From positions 34,677 through 98,676 of the forward strand of contig NW_005434505.1 in the NCBI RefSeq assembly GCF_000315625.1: a stretch of DNA of 64,000 bases, given 5' to 3'. Shown piece after piece: positions 34,908 through 49,101 of this stretch. The position numbers and the translations under genes were made by a program. Under the pieces are notes generated by a model. It was not told where the DNA came from, made no database searches, and saw only the letters and a list, made by a program, of their open reading frames with translations. Within the stretch, counting starts at the first letter, position 1. Each line of letters starts with the position of its first letter. This DNA is from Guillardia theta CCMP2712 (lineage: Eukaryota > Protista > Cryptophyta).

Positions 34908-37900
34908 ATGGCACCGGCCAAGAAGGGGAAGGGAGGGAAGAAGAAGACATCGCAAGGGAAGAAGGAAGACCGTCTTGCTGCGGTTCCTGCTCTTGACCTC
35001 AAGTCTCATCGCTCTGACTCGCCAACTGCAGCAGATTGGCCCGCTGTTCAGTGATGGGTTGATAGATCCTGTAAAAGGAGGTAAGGTGTTTGCAGCGAGA
35101 CTGGGAAGAAGCTACGAGATCACGGCACTCTCATGTGATGCTTGTTTTCAGCGATGTGAGCTTGAGATAGGTTCCCCCTGGAGCTGTCGAGACCAACAAT
35201 GTGATTGCAATCAAAGTGTTCGAGTTCGAAGGCAAAGACCCCGAGGGTTTCACGATGGAGGGAAGAATCGTTAGCAATCGGGTTGAGATCATCAACGGCG
35301 CACAGGTTTCTCGCGCTGACATGTCATCGTCCTCGTAGGTAGAGATTCATCCCTTCAACATCGAGTTCATCCAACCCGTCGAAGTGAAGATACCGCACTG
35401 CTGCGCAGATGAAGATGCGCAGCAGACCATGTATGCAGCCTCCTTCAGCGTTCTTCAGGACGGCACTCAGCTCGCACAAGAGGCGACAGGAACGATGGTA
35501 TGGTGACTGGTGCCAGACATTCTGCCTTGTTCTCATGACTGCATTCACATCTCAGGAAGCAGAGAATGCAGACTTGCAGTGGGAGTTCCACAAGTTGCCT
35601 GTTACCAAGGTGGATATTGAGAGAGGAGTTGCAACGATCAACATCAAGTCCACTGGCATCTATTACATCTGCTCGTCTTCGGCTCACAACATGGACTTTG
35701 CGGTGCATGCGATGGCTACACGGGATGACAAGAATCGTTGACCTGCTGTCAGGTCTGCACTTACGACATTCCAGCGATCAACAAGGCGAGCGTGACAGCA
35801 TTCAACGCTGTTGCGTTTGACTGGGTGCTGGATGAGTATCTGAGGTCCTTTCAACATTGACTTGCTACAGATCACTGGCAAAGTTTCCCTCTGGCCTCGG
35901 ACTTCCTTCAACCGTCCAATCGGCGCTGACGGGCCGGTGAGGGTCAAAAGAAGCTCCAAGTAGGAGGAGGAGCAGACTACCTTGTGCTCCCCTGACATGA
36001 TCCGCAAACAGAGTACTGGTTGACTTCGAAGCCAAGAGAACGAGAAGCCTTCATAGCAACAACGTCTCCACCTACGAACAAACGTGTGAGGCCCTCCCTC
36101 CTGCCTCGTCGCTGATGCTAGTCTCCTCAGCTTCCATCTTGAAGGATGCAAAACGGATGTTCTGACCGGGCTACCAGCGGGAAGGTGACTCTTTCACGCT
36201 GTTCGGACTTAGATTAAATGGTTGTCGTAAGGAATGAGACGCGAACAACACACCTGGATGCAGACATCTACGAGAAGATGTGCGTGTCTTGGCTCATGCA
36301 ACGCCTTGACACTGGAGCAGAAACTATGTGATCCGGGTTATTCCAGAAGACCTTGCCTCCACGCTAGAGAATGCAAAGAAAGAACTAGAAGATGTGCGAG
36401 TAATACGTCACGTCATTGCCTCTGATGCGCGCATCTCAAGGTCCGCCAGCGCATTCAGAAAAAGGAAGAGCAGTCAAGTGTCATACGAAAGCGAACTGAA
36501 TCTCCGTCGAGCAAAATGTTCCTTCGATGCATGGAACCTTTGCCTTTTGTATGTTTGACATGTGCGGAACCCAGGTATTTCTTAAGCATCAAAGAAGCCG
36601 AGCAAGATGTCAAAAATGCATATGAGATGTAATGACGAGGAAAGCAACTCGCTGCACATTGTGAGACTTGTATCACTAGGTGTATCGCATACCTCGAGAA
36701 GGCCGACGGTGCACATGATGGTGAACACTTCAACAGCATCCTCATACGTCATAACGAGCTGATCATGCACAGAGAAATCAAAGGAGAGTGGCAAGCAGAA
36801 CCTACCTCAATGGCGAGGCAATGATTTGCACTTCTACTTCGGAGTGAAACTGATTCCAGAGGCTGGGTGAGTGAGAATGATGCAGCAGATCCGATCGGTG
36901 AATGTTAGCAGGTTCACACCTGAGAACATCATCACTCAAATCTCGCTCATCTATCCGAGCGCGACCAACGAGAAAGTTCAATTCCTCGAGGTTCCTCCCC
37001 TCGCCTCTCCTCCTGCTAATGTGCACAAAGGTGCCTGAGATCCCTCAGCCATCAGCTAGAGCGAGGAAGGTCCGAGTAGGATCAGAGAAGAGTCAGATCT
37101 ACAGCTTCAGCCCTGTGAGGCTCCTGACGGCTTCTGCCTGCTGCTTACTTTGAACAAGGTTATCACTCGTGCTACCTTCGCTGAGCTTCGAGTCAACATC
37201 AGTCTTGGTGACTGGAACAAGAGATGTCAAGTTCCTCTGTCGACGCAGGAACAGATGCTGAGCGACATCAGAACCATCGTCGAGTCTCACTGCTTCGGCA
37301 AGGAGCTTTCCGGGGCTCGCTTCATATCTTGTACCTTGCGCGATGCCATTTGCAAGTCACTGAGATCGAGCCAGCAAACGGGAAAGTCTTTGAGAAAGGA
37401 GAGGAGGGGCAGGTACGAGTTCAGTCTCTCCGACCGAGCGTCGGGCTGTGGGGCCGGCTCAGTCGAATGAGCGAGGACATGTGCCAACGCTTCGCTGCGC
37501 TCCCAAGTGAGTGAGCCCTCAGCCTACCGCCCAGTGACGCTGAGCTCGCAGACATTTCCTTCTCCTTCTGTCCTGACCGCGAGCCGATCGCCAGAGCCAT
37601 CTTTGAGGACATGAGGGCGAGGGGGTTCCCGGTAACGGCGACCTCGTTGCTGCAAGGGCTCTGACTTCGAGCGCAGCTGACAGACTCTAAGGAGGACAAG
37701 CAGTCGCTAGGGCTTCTGATCTGCTTCCCTTCTCCTCTCTACACGGAATGCACGAGCTGCATGGAGCAATATAATCGCCACCTCCAGCTCGGACTCCCGC
37801 GTTTTCACTTGTGGACCATGGCGTTCGACGTGCGAGGATGGTTGAAAAACATGGTCAAGGAGCAGGTTGGCGGGAGGGGGAGGAAGGGAACGACGGTGAC

Positions 37901-38311
37901 AAGTCTCGCAGGTGGACAAGTCATTCGAGTATGAGGTGGAGACCAACGAAGAGGGTCTGATGTCGAACAAGGTCAGCTGTAATCTTCGGGGAGAAGGCCT
38001 CATTTGCTCGCAGGATGTGGATGAGATTGCAGTGAAGGTGCTGGAGGAGTACAAGAAGTCTGTGCCCGAATACCAGCAGATAATGAGCTCTTTCATCGTC
38101 CTGCCCATGTTGCGGCAAGAAGACGAGGGGCAAGACAATCACGACAGTCTAATTCAGACACAGAAAGAGAAAGTCATGGTATGTTTCGTATGACAATGTC
38201 ACTCATACACTCACGACGATGCAGGAGCTCGTTAACAAGAAAAGCATACCCAAGGGACGCAAAAAATCAGTGAGCGCAGCGAGCTCGAGGAGGAAAAGTT
38301 TGAGTTCTTGA
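34908..38311 (+). CDS. Multi-exon ZU5-domain protein
   Basis: Starts MAPAKKGKGGKKK. Exons at ~35160-35430 encode PGAVETNNVIAIKVF..IVSNRVEI..HPFNIEFIQPVEVKIPHCCA, resembling ZU5 (SPxVxxxPxxxxFxxPVxxxIPHCA). Many ~50-nt introns follow. Confidence 0.6.
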
Positions 38312-38379
38312 AGAAGGCTACACACGCTTGGTGACTCGACTCCGGCTCCTGCCCTTCTTGGGCTTCTCCGCGAAAGGAG

Positions 38380-38950
38380 TTCCTCCTTTAAACATGAAGT
38401 CGTTGGTGTCCGTCTGAAGAGAAAGTCGCGGATCAGCAGCTCCTCAACATCAAAGGTCGCAGATACCACAGAGCGCGGAAGTTCGTCTACCGCAAAGTGG
38501 TGCAAGCTAGTGACCGAGTCCTCGGCCACCGTCTTGATCGGCTTGAAGCTATCATGCACGGTCGTCCAAGATTCTCCAAGAGCATCCTGAACCTTCTCGA
38601 AGTTCGTGTGGATCCCCTCCCCCTGCAGACTCCTGCCCAGTCTCTGTCCGAAGTTGGACATCCCTTCTCCTAGATCGGATAACGACTGTTTCACCTGCTC
38701 GGGCTTCAGAGCATGGACATCGGACCGAGCCGAGCTGACCTTGTCCCAGCTCTCTGTCAGGAATCCTTGAGACTCGTCCGCTTTGGTGGAGGGATCATGC
38801 GACATTCTAGCAAGCAAGTGAGATGAGCAGCGTCAATCTCGGCGAGTCAACTCTATTCAAGTGCATCTCCTACTCAAACCTCTTGCCCGCCTCTTGGACT
38901 CCTATCGCCGTCCCCTCGCTTTCTACACGCCTCACCAACCCCCTCGTCTC
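38380..38950 (-). CDS. Hypothetical protein with amphipathic, LEA-like composition
   Basis: ORF 38203-38817 (GFLTESWDKVSSARSD..SLSDLGEGMSNFGQRLG..) plus a probable upstream exon. Confidence 0.45.
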
Positions 38951-39185
38951 CTCGTCGTCTCCTCCTCGCGTTCCCCTCACTCTGCATCGGTGTCTTCGAT
39001 CTCTATCCTCGTGATGCTCGTTCTCCTCCTGCTTGTCGCTCCTCGTGCGTCCTCGCCCTCCTCTGCATCTGCCAGGGTCTGCAGACCGCCATGCCTCCTC
39101 CTAGAGAGTCGCATGATTTCAAGCCCGCCTCAATAAGATTTTTTTAAACACTAGTTTGAACATGGCGCGAACGCGAGGGCAAACA

Positions 39186-39967
39186 ATGGCAGGCCTGTTT
39201 CCCCCTACCAGAGAGCAGGAGGATGAGATTGAACATGCCTTCTCTCTCATAACAGTTCGTTTGCTATGATGTCTTGTGGCTCAATCTTACTCGTGAAAAG
39301 CAGGAAGGAAATGATGACTACGTTGATTTCCATCGAGTCAAAGTAGTCCTCAAAGCTATGGGCATGCAGCCGAGAAAAGGAGAGCTGCAACAGGTTTTCC
39401 TCTCCCTCTGTTGTCTTCATTCTCTGCCCTGCGAGGCCTCGTTGAGCATAACCTGAACTGTGCTTTCCCTCTGTCAGACGCTGGAGGTTGCATGCCCTCT
39501 GTCCGATGGCTCGCGGATCTCTAAGGAAGAATTCACTGCGATCGTAAGCGTTTTAAAGACAAACATCTTGTTCTCCTCGCCAAGTCACTTCTCAATAGAT
39601 GATGCGCTTTCTTGCTCGACGGGATTCAGCAACCAGGCTGATGCAAGACTTTGACACGATCGATTATGGTTCAAGCTCAGATGTACTTTCCTCCAGAGTG
39701 CTGATATACGGCCATGTGCAGGATGCAAAGGCTTCATTGACATTAAAGATCTTCAGAGACTTTCGAAGAATGTTGAAGGGGAATCTCGACCAGATTCGGT
39801 CTTGAGGGAGATGTGAGCCCTGCTGATGAAGAATGTCCGTTCCTGACTGTTGCTCTAGGATAAGAAACTTTGACAAAGATGGGGATGGCAAATGGAAATT
39901 CGATGAATTTGTTACAGCTTTAGGTTACGAGCTTGAGAGAAAGAGGGGGATTGAAAACATCTTGTAA
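39186..39967 (+). CDS. Centrin-like EF-hand protein
   Basis: Spliced product EQEDEIEHAFSLI..VDFHRVKVVLKAMGMQPRKGELQQ..ISKEEFTAI..FDTIDY..KGFIDIKDLQRLSK..IRNFDKDGDGKWKFDEF; only the last EF-hand is canonical. Confidence 0.8.
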
Positions 39968-40941
39968 CATAAATTTCATTAGCCGCTCAGCCACAACTCT
40001 GACATCAAGTTGACACAAAATCACACTCGCTGTGTCATAGTTTAGCAACAACACTGACACTTGGCAGGACCTGAAACTAGTTGTAGAGTATTCTTTTCTG
40101 TGCCGCTCACAGTTTCACCTGCTACAGCCTGCATCATAAGAACTTGCTAAGTCGGGTGTCAGTAGGCTCGCCGGCGCCGTGGCAACCGTCGCCGTCGGCC
40201 GCGCCCTCAAAGGCTGCCGAGTCAGTGAAGAAGCGAGCTACTGAGTCGGAGGACACCGATCCCCTACTTGATCGGACATGTCACTTCAAGCCGTCCGCCG
40301 TTGAAGGCTCGGCGCGGCGTGCCACTGATCAGCCTTCAATGAGTCCGACCCCACCGGGCGCCGGGCCGGGCTTCTGACACTGTGACGCGGCCGGGCCCCT
40401 AGGGGCGGCGTAGCATCATCGTCACGGTGACCCGGTCGCCTCAGTCAGAGTGTCGGATCCGGATCTTGCTTACTTAGGCTTCCATAGGCTGCCTCAGAGG
40501 TGAGGCTATTGAGCTGGCCAGGACAGCGAAGATGGATCCATCTTCAAATAGCTCGGGCCATGGCCCTTGTGGGACAGCTGCCTTGTTGTCTTGACAAGTC
40601 GTTGGGCCTTGTCAACCTAGTGCGCCGGCGCACAGTTTTTTGGTATGGCACTGGAGGTCGCAATGGGGAGCCGCTTGCTTCTTGGGTTCGGATGCTTACA
40701 GTGACACATCGGTATTGCAGCAGCTGACTCACTGTATCGAACTCGGCCCACTGCCAGCCTGTATCGTAGTAGCAGTGATCGGACTCAGCGAAGTTGGACG
40801 AGGATCGCTATCCGATGATCAGACTTAGTTAGCACAAGTTCTGCAGCATCTCACGACTCCATCAATCAAACACTCTCAGTTGACAAACAGAAATATTTTG
40901 TTCGAAAGTGAAAGCTGGAAAACTTCTCCGTGATCAGATAA

Positions 40942-42000
40942 GTGATGTCCACATTTCCGGGCAAACACGCCATGAAAGAGAAGAGAGGTGGAGAGACTAG
41001 GTGTAACAGTAACAAACATTTGACTGGCTGGTTGAGAGATGTTCCACTGGAACAGAACGCAAGGCTAAGGAAACAATGCTTGGACAACATCATTCACCAT
41101 CGCATGCCGAACGAGGAAGCCGTTACATCACAGTCGCAAGTAGATGGCGATCAGACGAGCTTCCTTGCCGACAGTGCAAGTGGACACGCGGGAAGTGCTG
41201 ATGGCCAGCCCGCAAGGATGGAGGAGAAATGTCCTGACTTCACTAAGGTATGGAGGCCATTGGATGAGACCAAGTCGTACCCGGGAGGTTTCTGTGAGAA
41301 AACTCCAACCAAGCTCAACACGAGCACATCTCCAATCTATCGAATACCAGCCAACATCTGTCATAGCAAGAACTCTTCTATCATACAAGGACTCTACGGC
41401 TTTGAGGTGAATTCCTCCAAAGAGGAACAAGACAGGAAAGGGTCGGCTGGCTTAAACGAACAAGTGCAATCAAGGATCGAGTGGATAACCTCGGCAGATT
41501 TAAGCTTCTTGAATTCAAATATGGATCGTCAAGAGGATTTAAAGGCATCTGAGGAAAACATGACGACGAATGAACATGTTTCACATGCTTTGAGGGAACA
41601 ACACAGATGCATTTTCTTGTGCAATTCGCTTCTACAAGAGGTACCCAACAGAGTCTGGATAAACTTGTGTCTAAGTTTACGAATCAGGTTTCGAGCATAC
41701 GCACAAGTCTTGCTGAGGAGCTTGAGAGTGTACTTTCTTGACTTGCCCTTATCTCAGCTTCAAGGTTAAAATGATGCTGTCTGCAGATTTCAGCTTGTCT
41801 GCAGTCGCCTGAGCAGCACAAAGTTATTGGGAAGGTGATCTTGTTGCTATTGATCCTCTCAGTGACTCCGTCCTGAAGCTTTCATATCGGGACAAAAAGG
41901 ACGCAAAGGAAACCCGAGGTAACGCGGTCAAGGAACAAAGAGTGGAACTCAAGGCCAAACTCCCTACCAGCAGATATTTCAGGCTTTGAATGATACTTGA
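40942..42000 (+). CDS. Hypothetical protein (multi-exon)
   Basis: 275-codon ORF plus downstream exon-like segments; no recognisable domain. Confidence 0.45.
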
Positions 42001-42187
42001 GAGCTGCACACAGATAATAATTAATCAAGGCAATCTTAAATACATTCTCGATAGATTGAGCAGACGTCAAGACGAGGAACGAGCTTGATCCTTTTCGACC
42101 CAAATACAGAAGATCTTTCTAGTCAGTAAACTCGTGTTTCCAAAAGTATCTTTATGTCTCTATTCGTAAATTGATGTGGCAGTGATG

Positions 42188-42440
42188 TCTCTATCGGTCT
42201 GCTCATGTAGTCTCTATCGGTCTGCTCATGTAGTCTCTATCGGTCTGCTCATGTAGTCTCTATCGGTCTGCTCATGTAGTCTCTATCGGTCTGCTCATGT
42301 AGTCTCTATCGGTCTGCTCATGTAGTCTCTATCGGTCTGCTCATGTAGTCTCTATCGGTCTGCTCATGTAGTCTCTATCGGTCTGCTCATGTAGTCTCTA
42401 TCGGTCTGCTCATGTAGTCTCTATCGGTCTGCTCATGTAG
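42188..42440. repeat. 23-bp minisatellite (TCTCTATCGGTCTGCTCATGTAG) x11
   Basis: Perfect tandem copies with no spacers. Confidence 0.97.
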
Positions 42441-42764
42441 TGTCTGTTGATGCAGTCGCATGTAGTCTCTTTGAAGCTTCATACACTCTGGTTGTGGATG
42501 AGGCGTTTCAAACAACCGTCATTAGGCCCGGCAGGGGGTGGGGTGGGGGTCCCAATTTCCTGTTGTTAGCAGTTCGAGGGGTAGGGTGGAGAGGATAAGA
42601 AAACCGACATGTCCGCTAGGTAGAAGACATGTACAGGAATCGAAGTAGAAGCTGATTGGACGAGTTGACGTTACAGACTGCCTTGATAACAACATCACAA
42701 CCATCATCTCTCGTGTCTGATTGAAGTACTTTGGACTTTAAACTTCTTTGGATAGGCTCGAAAC

Positions 42765-45700
42765 ATGTTCAAGACACATTGCTCTGCTTTCATCTTGGCT
42801 GCCCTCCTGGGCTCCTCTAGTGCGCGCTGGACAGACACTTCATTGCTGACCGCCAACACCTTTCATGGACCAGATTTGAAATGGAAAGGTGACGTGACTG
42901 TAGATGGAAATACATACATCCGCAAAGTCGGGACTTCATACGTGGCAAAGTCTGTCATCACCGGGAAAGACTCTTTCTTCCCTTCTTCATTGCCCAATTC
43001 TTTGAAGAAACGATTCATATATCCTGATTCTACCCACCCGAATCTAGCGTTTTGGTTCACTCCAGACGTTTTTGATGAGGCAGGAGTAGCTGATGGACAG
43101 TATGTTTCAGTTTGGAAGAACGTGGCTAACATCTGCTATTATGGGTAAAGCCGTGAAGTTTGTTCACAGGCCAAATTTAAAATGTTCACGCAGGCATTCA
43201 GATTCCACCAGCTGCACTCCAGACAAGATCATGAACAAAGCACCGGTTGGACCCAACACCGCCCATGTCGAAACCCTGAAACAGCCAAATCCAGCTTATC
43301 AACCAACCTTCCATCGAAACGTCCTCCATGGTCATGGCAAGTGTTTGTGATTGTGAAGATGAAGGCGTTGTTCATGTAACATTGTGCTCAGGTGCTTTGA
43401 GGTTCGCAAGAAGTGATCGCCTTGGATTTCAAGGCAGCTTCATGGATATGTATAAGACATGCACGACAGTAGAATGTACGACGGCAGACACTGGACTTGG
43501 CTTCGTTACAGACTGGACAAACTCGCAATCATCAGCCCTCAATACAGAATTTACCATTTTCCTGGTTCTTAAAACGTTTCAAGACAGTTTGGATGTCAAT
43601 CCAATGGGACTTCTGAATGTTGGAGATGAACAAAATCAAAACGGGTTCGGACTGTATAAAACAGATTACAAATGTCTCCCTGAATTCCGTGGGAAAATTT
43701 TAAATGGTTTATCACTATCAAATAATCTCGTCAGCCTTGTTTCCATGTACTCTCCAAGTCCTGATATAGGCAAATACAACGGAAGACGCCTTCTGATATA
43801 TGACACACAGACGCAAGATTCGATTCCAATGAAGAAAGTCGTCTTGAATTGCAAGATTTCAAGCTATAGGATTGCACTTATCCTCAATCAGGATATCTCA
43901 GGGACAATTACGAGCGTCTTAGTGACCGGTGGTAACGGTGTCATTGCTGGAATCCCACAGAATCTAACTATTTATGCCTCTGTTGGATTGACCGATGGCT
44001 CTAAGGCCTCGCTCAACGTAACGAGCATTGCAGCTTCTAGCGGCAACACATTGCTCCAAATCGAGAGTGTGACGCTACCAGCCAGTGCAACTGCAGGGTC
44101 CAACATCTTCATCGGAGTCAGCCCGGGTGAATTTTACACCGCTGCCTTGGAGGACTGTCTCGGATCCACAACAACAACCGGAGTAGCAAATCCGATATTT
44201 CTCTCAAGCGCTTCTTATGATGTTGAAATAGTCAGAACCTCGAATTCAAAATGTCCTCAAGGAAAGTTCGAGCAATTCAGCACGATTTCGGCATACTATG
44301 GAAGCAGGTAACGCATGGATGAAACCCAAACAAGGTTGTTTTGCTGATTACTATGGCAGTGCTGATGATCAAGGAGACAACGGTTGTTTCAGTGAGTGCT
44401 CTAGGTTTGGATGTGACGCAAGATTCTCGTATTTCGGAACTTTGAGTTGGGAATTACAAAGCGGGATAAATTCATCAGAGACAAGTCTGACCATCCAGAG
44501 CAACTCCTACGACTTGCTCACCATCTCGCTGCAAGATCAAATTTTTGTCGACGATTATCTGCAACTTGAACAGGAAATTGTTCAAGTCACGTCCGTCTCT
44601 GCCGGATCAGTTACCGTCACTAGGGGCCAACTCCAAACAACTGCAGCTGACCATGCAATCAATACTGTTCTATTGCCTGTGAGCAAACCGAACACTTGCG
44701 TGAAGAAGTGGGGGTCTCAGAGGGTTTTACAAGACCCTGACAGACAATGGAGAATAGTAACAATAAGAGTGCAGGGTAATGAGTCGAAGGTGTACATAGA
44801 CGGGCTTCATGATGGCTGCTCAAACGCCGATGGGTGCTCTCTCCAACCTCCAGTCTCTATCCTTAGCACTGCTTCTGTGCTTTCAAGCTTGAGACTTGGC
44901 ACTATCGGCGTCAATTCTGCTGATGGAATTGTCAGATCAAGCTTCTCAAATGTGGACATCGCTGAAGTTCTGATTTATGACAAAGCTCTTTCAATGCAAG
45001 AGATGGATAGAGTTGGATATTACCTTTCTGTCAAGTTTGGAATCAAAAGCTTTCGAGTCAACAAGTTCATTAGATCTCCGACGCGCACGGGAGCTGTTTT
45101 GTTTGAACACGGTGAAGAATGCGATCAAGTGCTCTACAATGGTCATACCTCTCAGTTCTGCGATGGATTTTCAGATCCGAATGGATTACACGTCGCATCA
45201 AACTGTGTCATTGACGGCGAGTACCTCACACTCTCCAAGTACAAGGCAGATGCAGACACAGACAACTATTATGTCGGCATGCGCCTGGTAGTAACTGCTG
45301 GAAACAGGAATTCAGATGGATCAATTCAAAGCGCGGTAGGCGAAAGTTGCATCATCACAGGATATGATGCCAAACTCAGAAAGGTCGCATGCGATTTGAC
45401 GGATTCTGGCAACTATGGGTACTTGCTGTGGGGCGGTGCTGCGTTTCCATGCGTCAATTCAGGACCTCACCCAACTCTTGGAGGGCAATGCGGAGCTCAA
45501 TACGTGCAGACCGACGCCATTCTAGCATCAGACACCTCAGTCACAGTCACTTGGGCCCCCAAGAAGTTTCAAACTCCAATCTATGCCACTCTAGGAAACT
45601 CGCAGGCTCTTGAAGTGATACTGATCAACTCGATCTCAGTTAGTGACATCTCCTATCAGCTGTCTATCACTCGCGGCATGGGTCCAACTCTTGCTCAAAA

Positions 45701-47483
45701 TTTCTCTTGGAACGTCCTGAAAGAGATGCAATCAGCGTCGCGAATAGTCTATGCACGTTCATTCCTCGTTCGAAATGTGTCTGCGGGGAGTCAGACTCTT
45801 TATGTTGCTACGGTGATGGACAAGTGCCCAGAAAGGATTGCAGACCCGCTGTGTCCCCTGGCGAACGATCATATTGGTTACCTCAGTGCCAACCTCGCCA
45901 ACCTCCTGGTCAAGTTGAGTCATTCCACCTCAAACTCGTCTTTCTATGTCACCTCCATCAAATTTGCGCAGTGGACTTTGCAACAAGCAGTGGATAGCGC
46001 AACCATGGAGTTCAAAGTTAGCGTGCCCACACAAAATGAAATCCAGCCGAACGATTACCTTCAGATAGACGGAGAATATGTTCAAGTCACGGCAGTCTCA
46101 TGGTCCTCACAGTCAACAAACCTGACAGTTGTGAGGTCACAGATGGGTAGCTCAGCAACCGCCCATCAAGCCTCGAGTACTTTGACTTTGGTCCTGGTTG
46201 ACAAGAGACCGGTTCTTGTCTTGACTTGTTCTGCTGCGTCCACGACAGACATGGACGCTTCATCGGGGTATTTGGTTGATTTTGCATGGATGCCTCAAAG
46301 TTCCTTTGTGCCAAACGACAAGTACCTGCAAAACGTGGGCAAATCTGAATATTCCATTGAAATCTGTGACAAGTACAATGCTCCATTTAGTCAGGACGCT
46401 CCATTTCAAGTATTGCAAGATGAAAATCTCAACAGACACTCTGTTCGCGGGGCTGACTCTGCCATTACCACTGAAGGGTTCACACACCTCGGGTATGTCT
46501 CAAGCGTGGGTGTTGTGCAGAAGCAGAATTACTTGTCTTCGATCTCGGGGGCTGCGAACACATCCTTGTTTGAGATCAAGGGATGGTACCTGACGCCCTC
46601 AGACCTCGACATCACTGGCGGCGACTCCAACTCCTACATCAACGGGCCCAAGGCGGAGAGAAACTCCAACTACCTGCATGTCAGCCTGGGATCGCATGGG
46701 TCCGATGCGGTGAGCCTCAACTGCCACATCGTTAGCGTCCCCGAGGGCTTTTGCGAGAAGGACTACAGCATCCCATGCAGCTGTCACATGACTGCCAACT
46801 GTTCGTCAGAGTGCTCGACCGGCTACTGCCTGACCGGGCCCTCGTCTGGCCTGGATCACTCCTGGTATGGGGTGAAGAAGCCGTCCATCTTGTGCGATCT
46901 CACCGAAGATGCTCATGCGCACCAGACCCTCAACATCTACTGGCACGGAGTCGTGACATCGCTATCCAACTGGTACAGGACGCCGACTCCGGTCGTGACG
47001 TCCTTGAGCCCTCCAATGGCTCCTTACTATGGTGGAATCTCCATCACAATCCGGGGGATGTTCTTCGGAGGAGCAGCGACGTGGCGAGGACGGGCGAGGA
47101 CAAAGTCTCCGAGCGTGATGATCATCGGCAAGAGCATGATACGCAAGTGTGACAATGTCGAGTATATTTCTTCTGGCCAGCTTGTTTGTACTCTGCCAGC
47201 TCTTGCTCTCAGCAAGCAAATGTACGATCCTGTCACGAGAACTATTGTTGTGAACGTTTTAGTGGATACTGGAGAGAAGAGGAGCCATCAAGACCAGCAC
47301 TCGAAGTTCATCTACACATCCATTCCTGCTTTTTTCAGCTGCGACAACATAATGGTTGCTCAGAACGACTGCTACAATTGCTGTCGCAGGTCATGTTTTA
47401 CTGATGTGAGGACTCAAACGATAGATCCTGCGTCAATCGATGCTGTATGTACATCAAATTGCACCGCTTATTGTCACATGTGA
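42765..47483 (+). CDS. Large secreted Cys-rich protein with split LamG/ConA-like domain, internal beta-rich repeats and IPT/TIG domain
   Basis: Signal peptide MFKTHCSAFILAALLGSSSA. LamG-like halves LAFWFTP..DGQYVSVWKN and DIAEVLIYDKALS..YLSVKFGI. IPT motif TPVVTSLSPPMAPYYGGISITIRGMFFG..LVCTLP. Three short introns in the 5' part. Confidence 0.75.
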
Positions 47484-47561
47484 GGAAAAGATATTTTGTT
47501 GAGGAAATATGCGGTTTGTTTGGAATATGATTAAACTTGTTAATCTAACATCGATGTGACA

Positions 47562-48772
47562 TCACTTCTTCTTTTTCCCAGCTGCTTTTCCCTTCTTTCC
47601 CTTCTTCTTCTTCGGATTCTTGAGGTCAGACACACACTCTCGAGCGAGATGCATGCGGATGTTGCATTGCAGAAGGGTTGCAGCACGAAACTCTCTTTCC
47701 GCCGCCGCAACTCGCATGGCCTCAAGTTCTTTCATTCTCCTCTCTTCGTCTTCCTTGGCTTGTCTTGCAGCGATGTCTTGGTTGTATCGCTTCTCCAGCT
47801 CGTACAATCTCAATAGATCAGATTCACGTTCTTCTTTCAAGTTCTCCAGCTCCTTTGTCTTGAAAGCCAAGTCCGCCTCGAACTTGTGATCCCATGCCTC
47901 AGATTTCTCGGACATGGCAACTAACTTCCTTCTCTGAAATTCCTGTTGAAGCTCGTTGGCTTGTTTTTCTATGTCGATTTCTTTCTCGATCTGTTCAATC
48001 CGATCTTGCAATTCTTTCATCTCTTTTTCTCGTTCTCGCTGTGTGCAGTGGTAATTCGCTTTAAACTCCTTTGCAAGATATCGAAGCTCGATCGCAGTCT
48101 CCGATTTCTTCGCTTGCAATGTTTCTTTCAACTCCGCAATCAACTCGTTCTTGCTCAAAACCTCTCTCTCAAAGTTGCTTCGTTCTTCGTTGAGCTCTTG
48201 TTTCAACCTGGCCACAGACTCGCTCAGCTCTTTCTCACGCGCCAGAACTACTTTCATGTGCTCCATCATCCGCTGGCCTTTCTCAACAACTTCCGCCAAA
48301 GAGTTGAAACTTGCAAATTGCATTTCATGTGCTGGGTTGACAAGTAGAGTCTCAAGCGCTCCACGTTCAGCTCGAATCTTTTGCATATTCCCTTCTAAGT
48401 TTGGGTTGTCTTGCAAATTTCTTGTCAAAACTTTGGTGCTCTGCCTCAGAGACTGAGCGACTTGCTGGATCTCATTTTCATTCGCCTGATACTTCATTCT
48501 GTTTGAAATGCCTTTCATATTCCTCCTCTCTTGAATGAGCTCTTCGTATCTCCTCTCCAAGGACCTCTGATCCTGCATAATCCTTGAAATCTCTTCTCCC
48601 AGCATACTTCCCAGCTCCTCATTATGGAAATCTGAAGTCAGAGATGCAAGGATTCCTAGTTTTTCAACCTGGCCAGCACGAGTCAAGCACATCAGATCAG
48701 GATTGACTGAGGTACCGCTGTTTCAATTGTGGCCGTAATCCGCTGACACTCGACCAGAGTGAAAGAATCCAT
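47562..48772 (-). CDS. DRC9: Dynein regulatory complex subunit 9 / IQCG-like coiled-coil IQ protein
   Basis: MDSFTLVECQRITATIETA|VEKLGIL..ERRYEELI..LRQSTKVLTRNLQDNPNLEGNMQKIRAER; C-terminal IQ-like motif AATLLQCNIRMHLAR and a KKKKGKKGK tail. Confidence 0.8.
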
Positions 48773-49101
48773 CCTGCTGCATGAAGTTACAAGAGCATCA
48801 AGAGATTTCCTCCAAGCTGAGAGCAGCTTGCATAATTAACATCAAACATGACTCCTTTCGGCGTTGAATTCTTCGCCTCTAACTTCAGGCTGACTTTGCG
48901 CTCTTGCTACTTTGTTGCCCTCCACTGTGTGCCTATCACAACATCGCGTTCTCGTCTTCCTCTCTTGTCTCTCCTCGGCTTGTTAGCACTGAGCTCGCAC
49001 TAAGAGTCATGCAGCTGCCATGATGGCACTGCCTGCAAACGTGCGGGGGCTTGCCCATCATGCTGCTGCCTGGCCAACGGCCGTCCGATCAGATCGTGGG
49101 C

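Noticed and set aside
42188-42440. Possible CRISPR array (also 53876-54471 and 17034-17401)
   Set aside because: Head-to-tail repeats with no unique spacers, no cas genes, eukaryotic context.
44255-44311. Apparent frameshift between ORFs 43328-44311 and 44298-47483
   Set aside because: Explained by a short intron ending ..GGAAGCAG before GTAACGCA; no need for programmed frameshifting.
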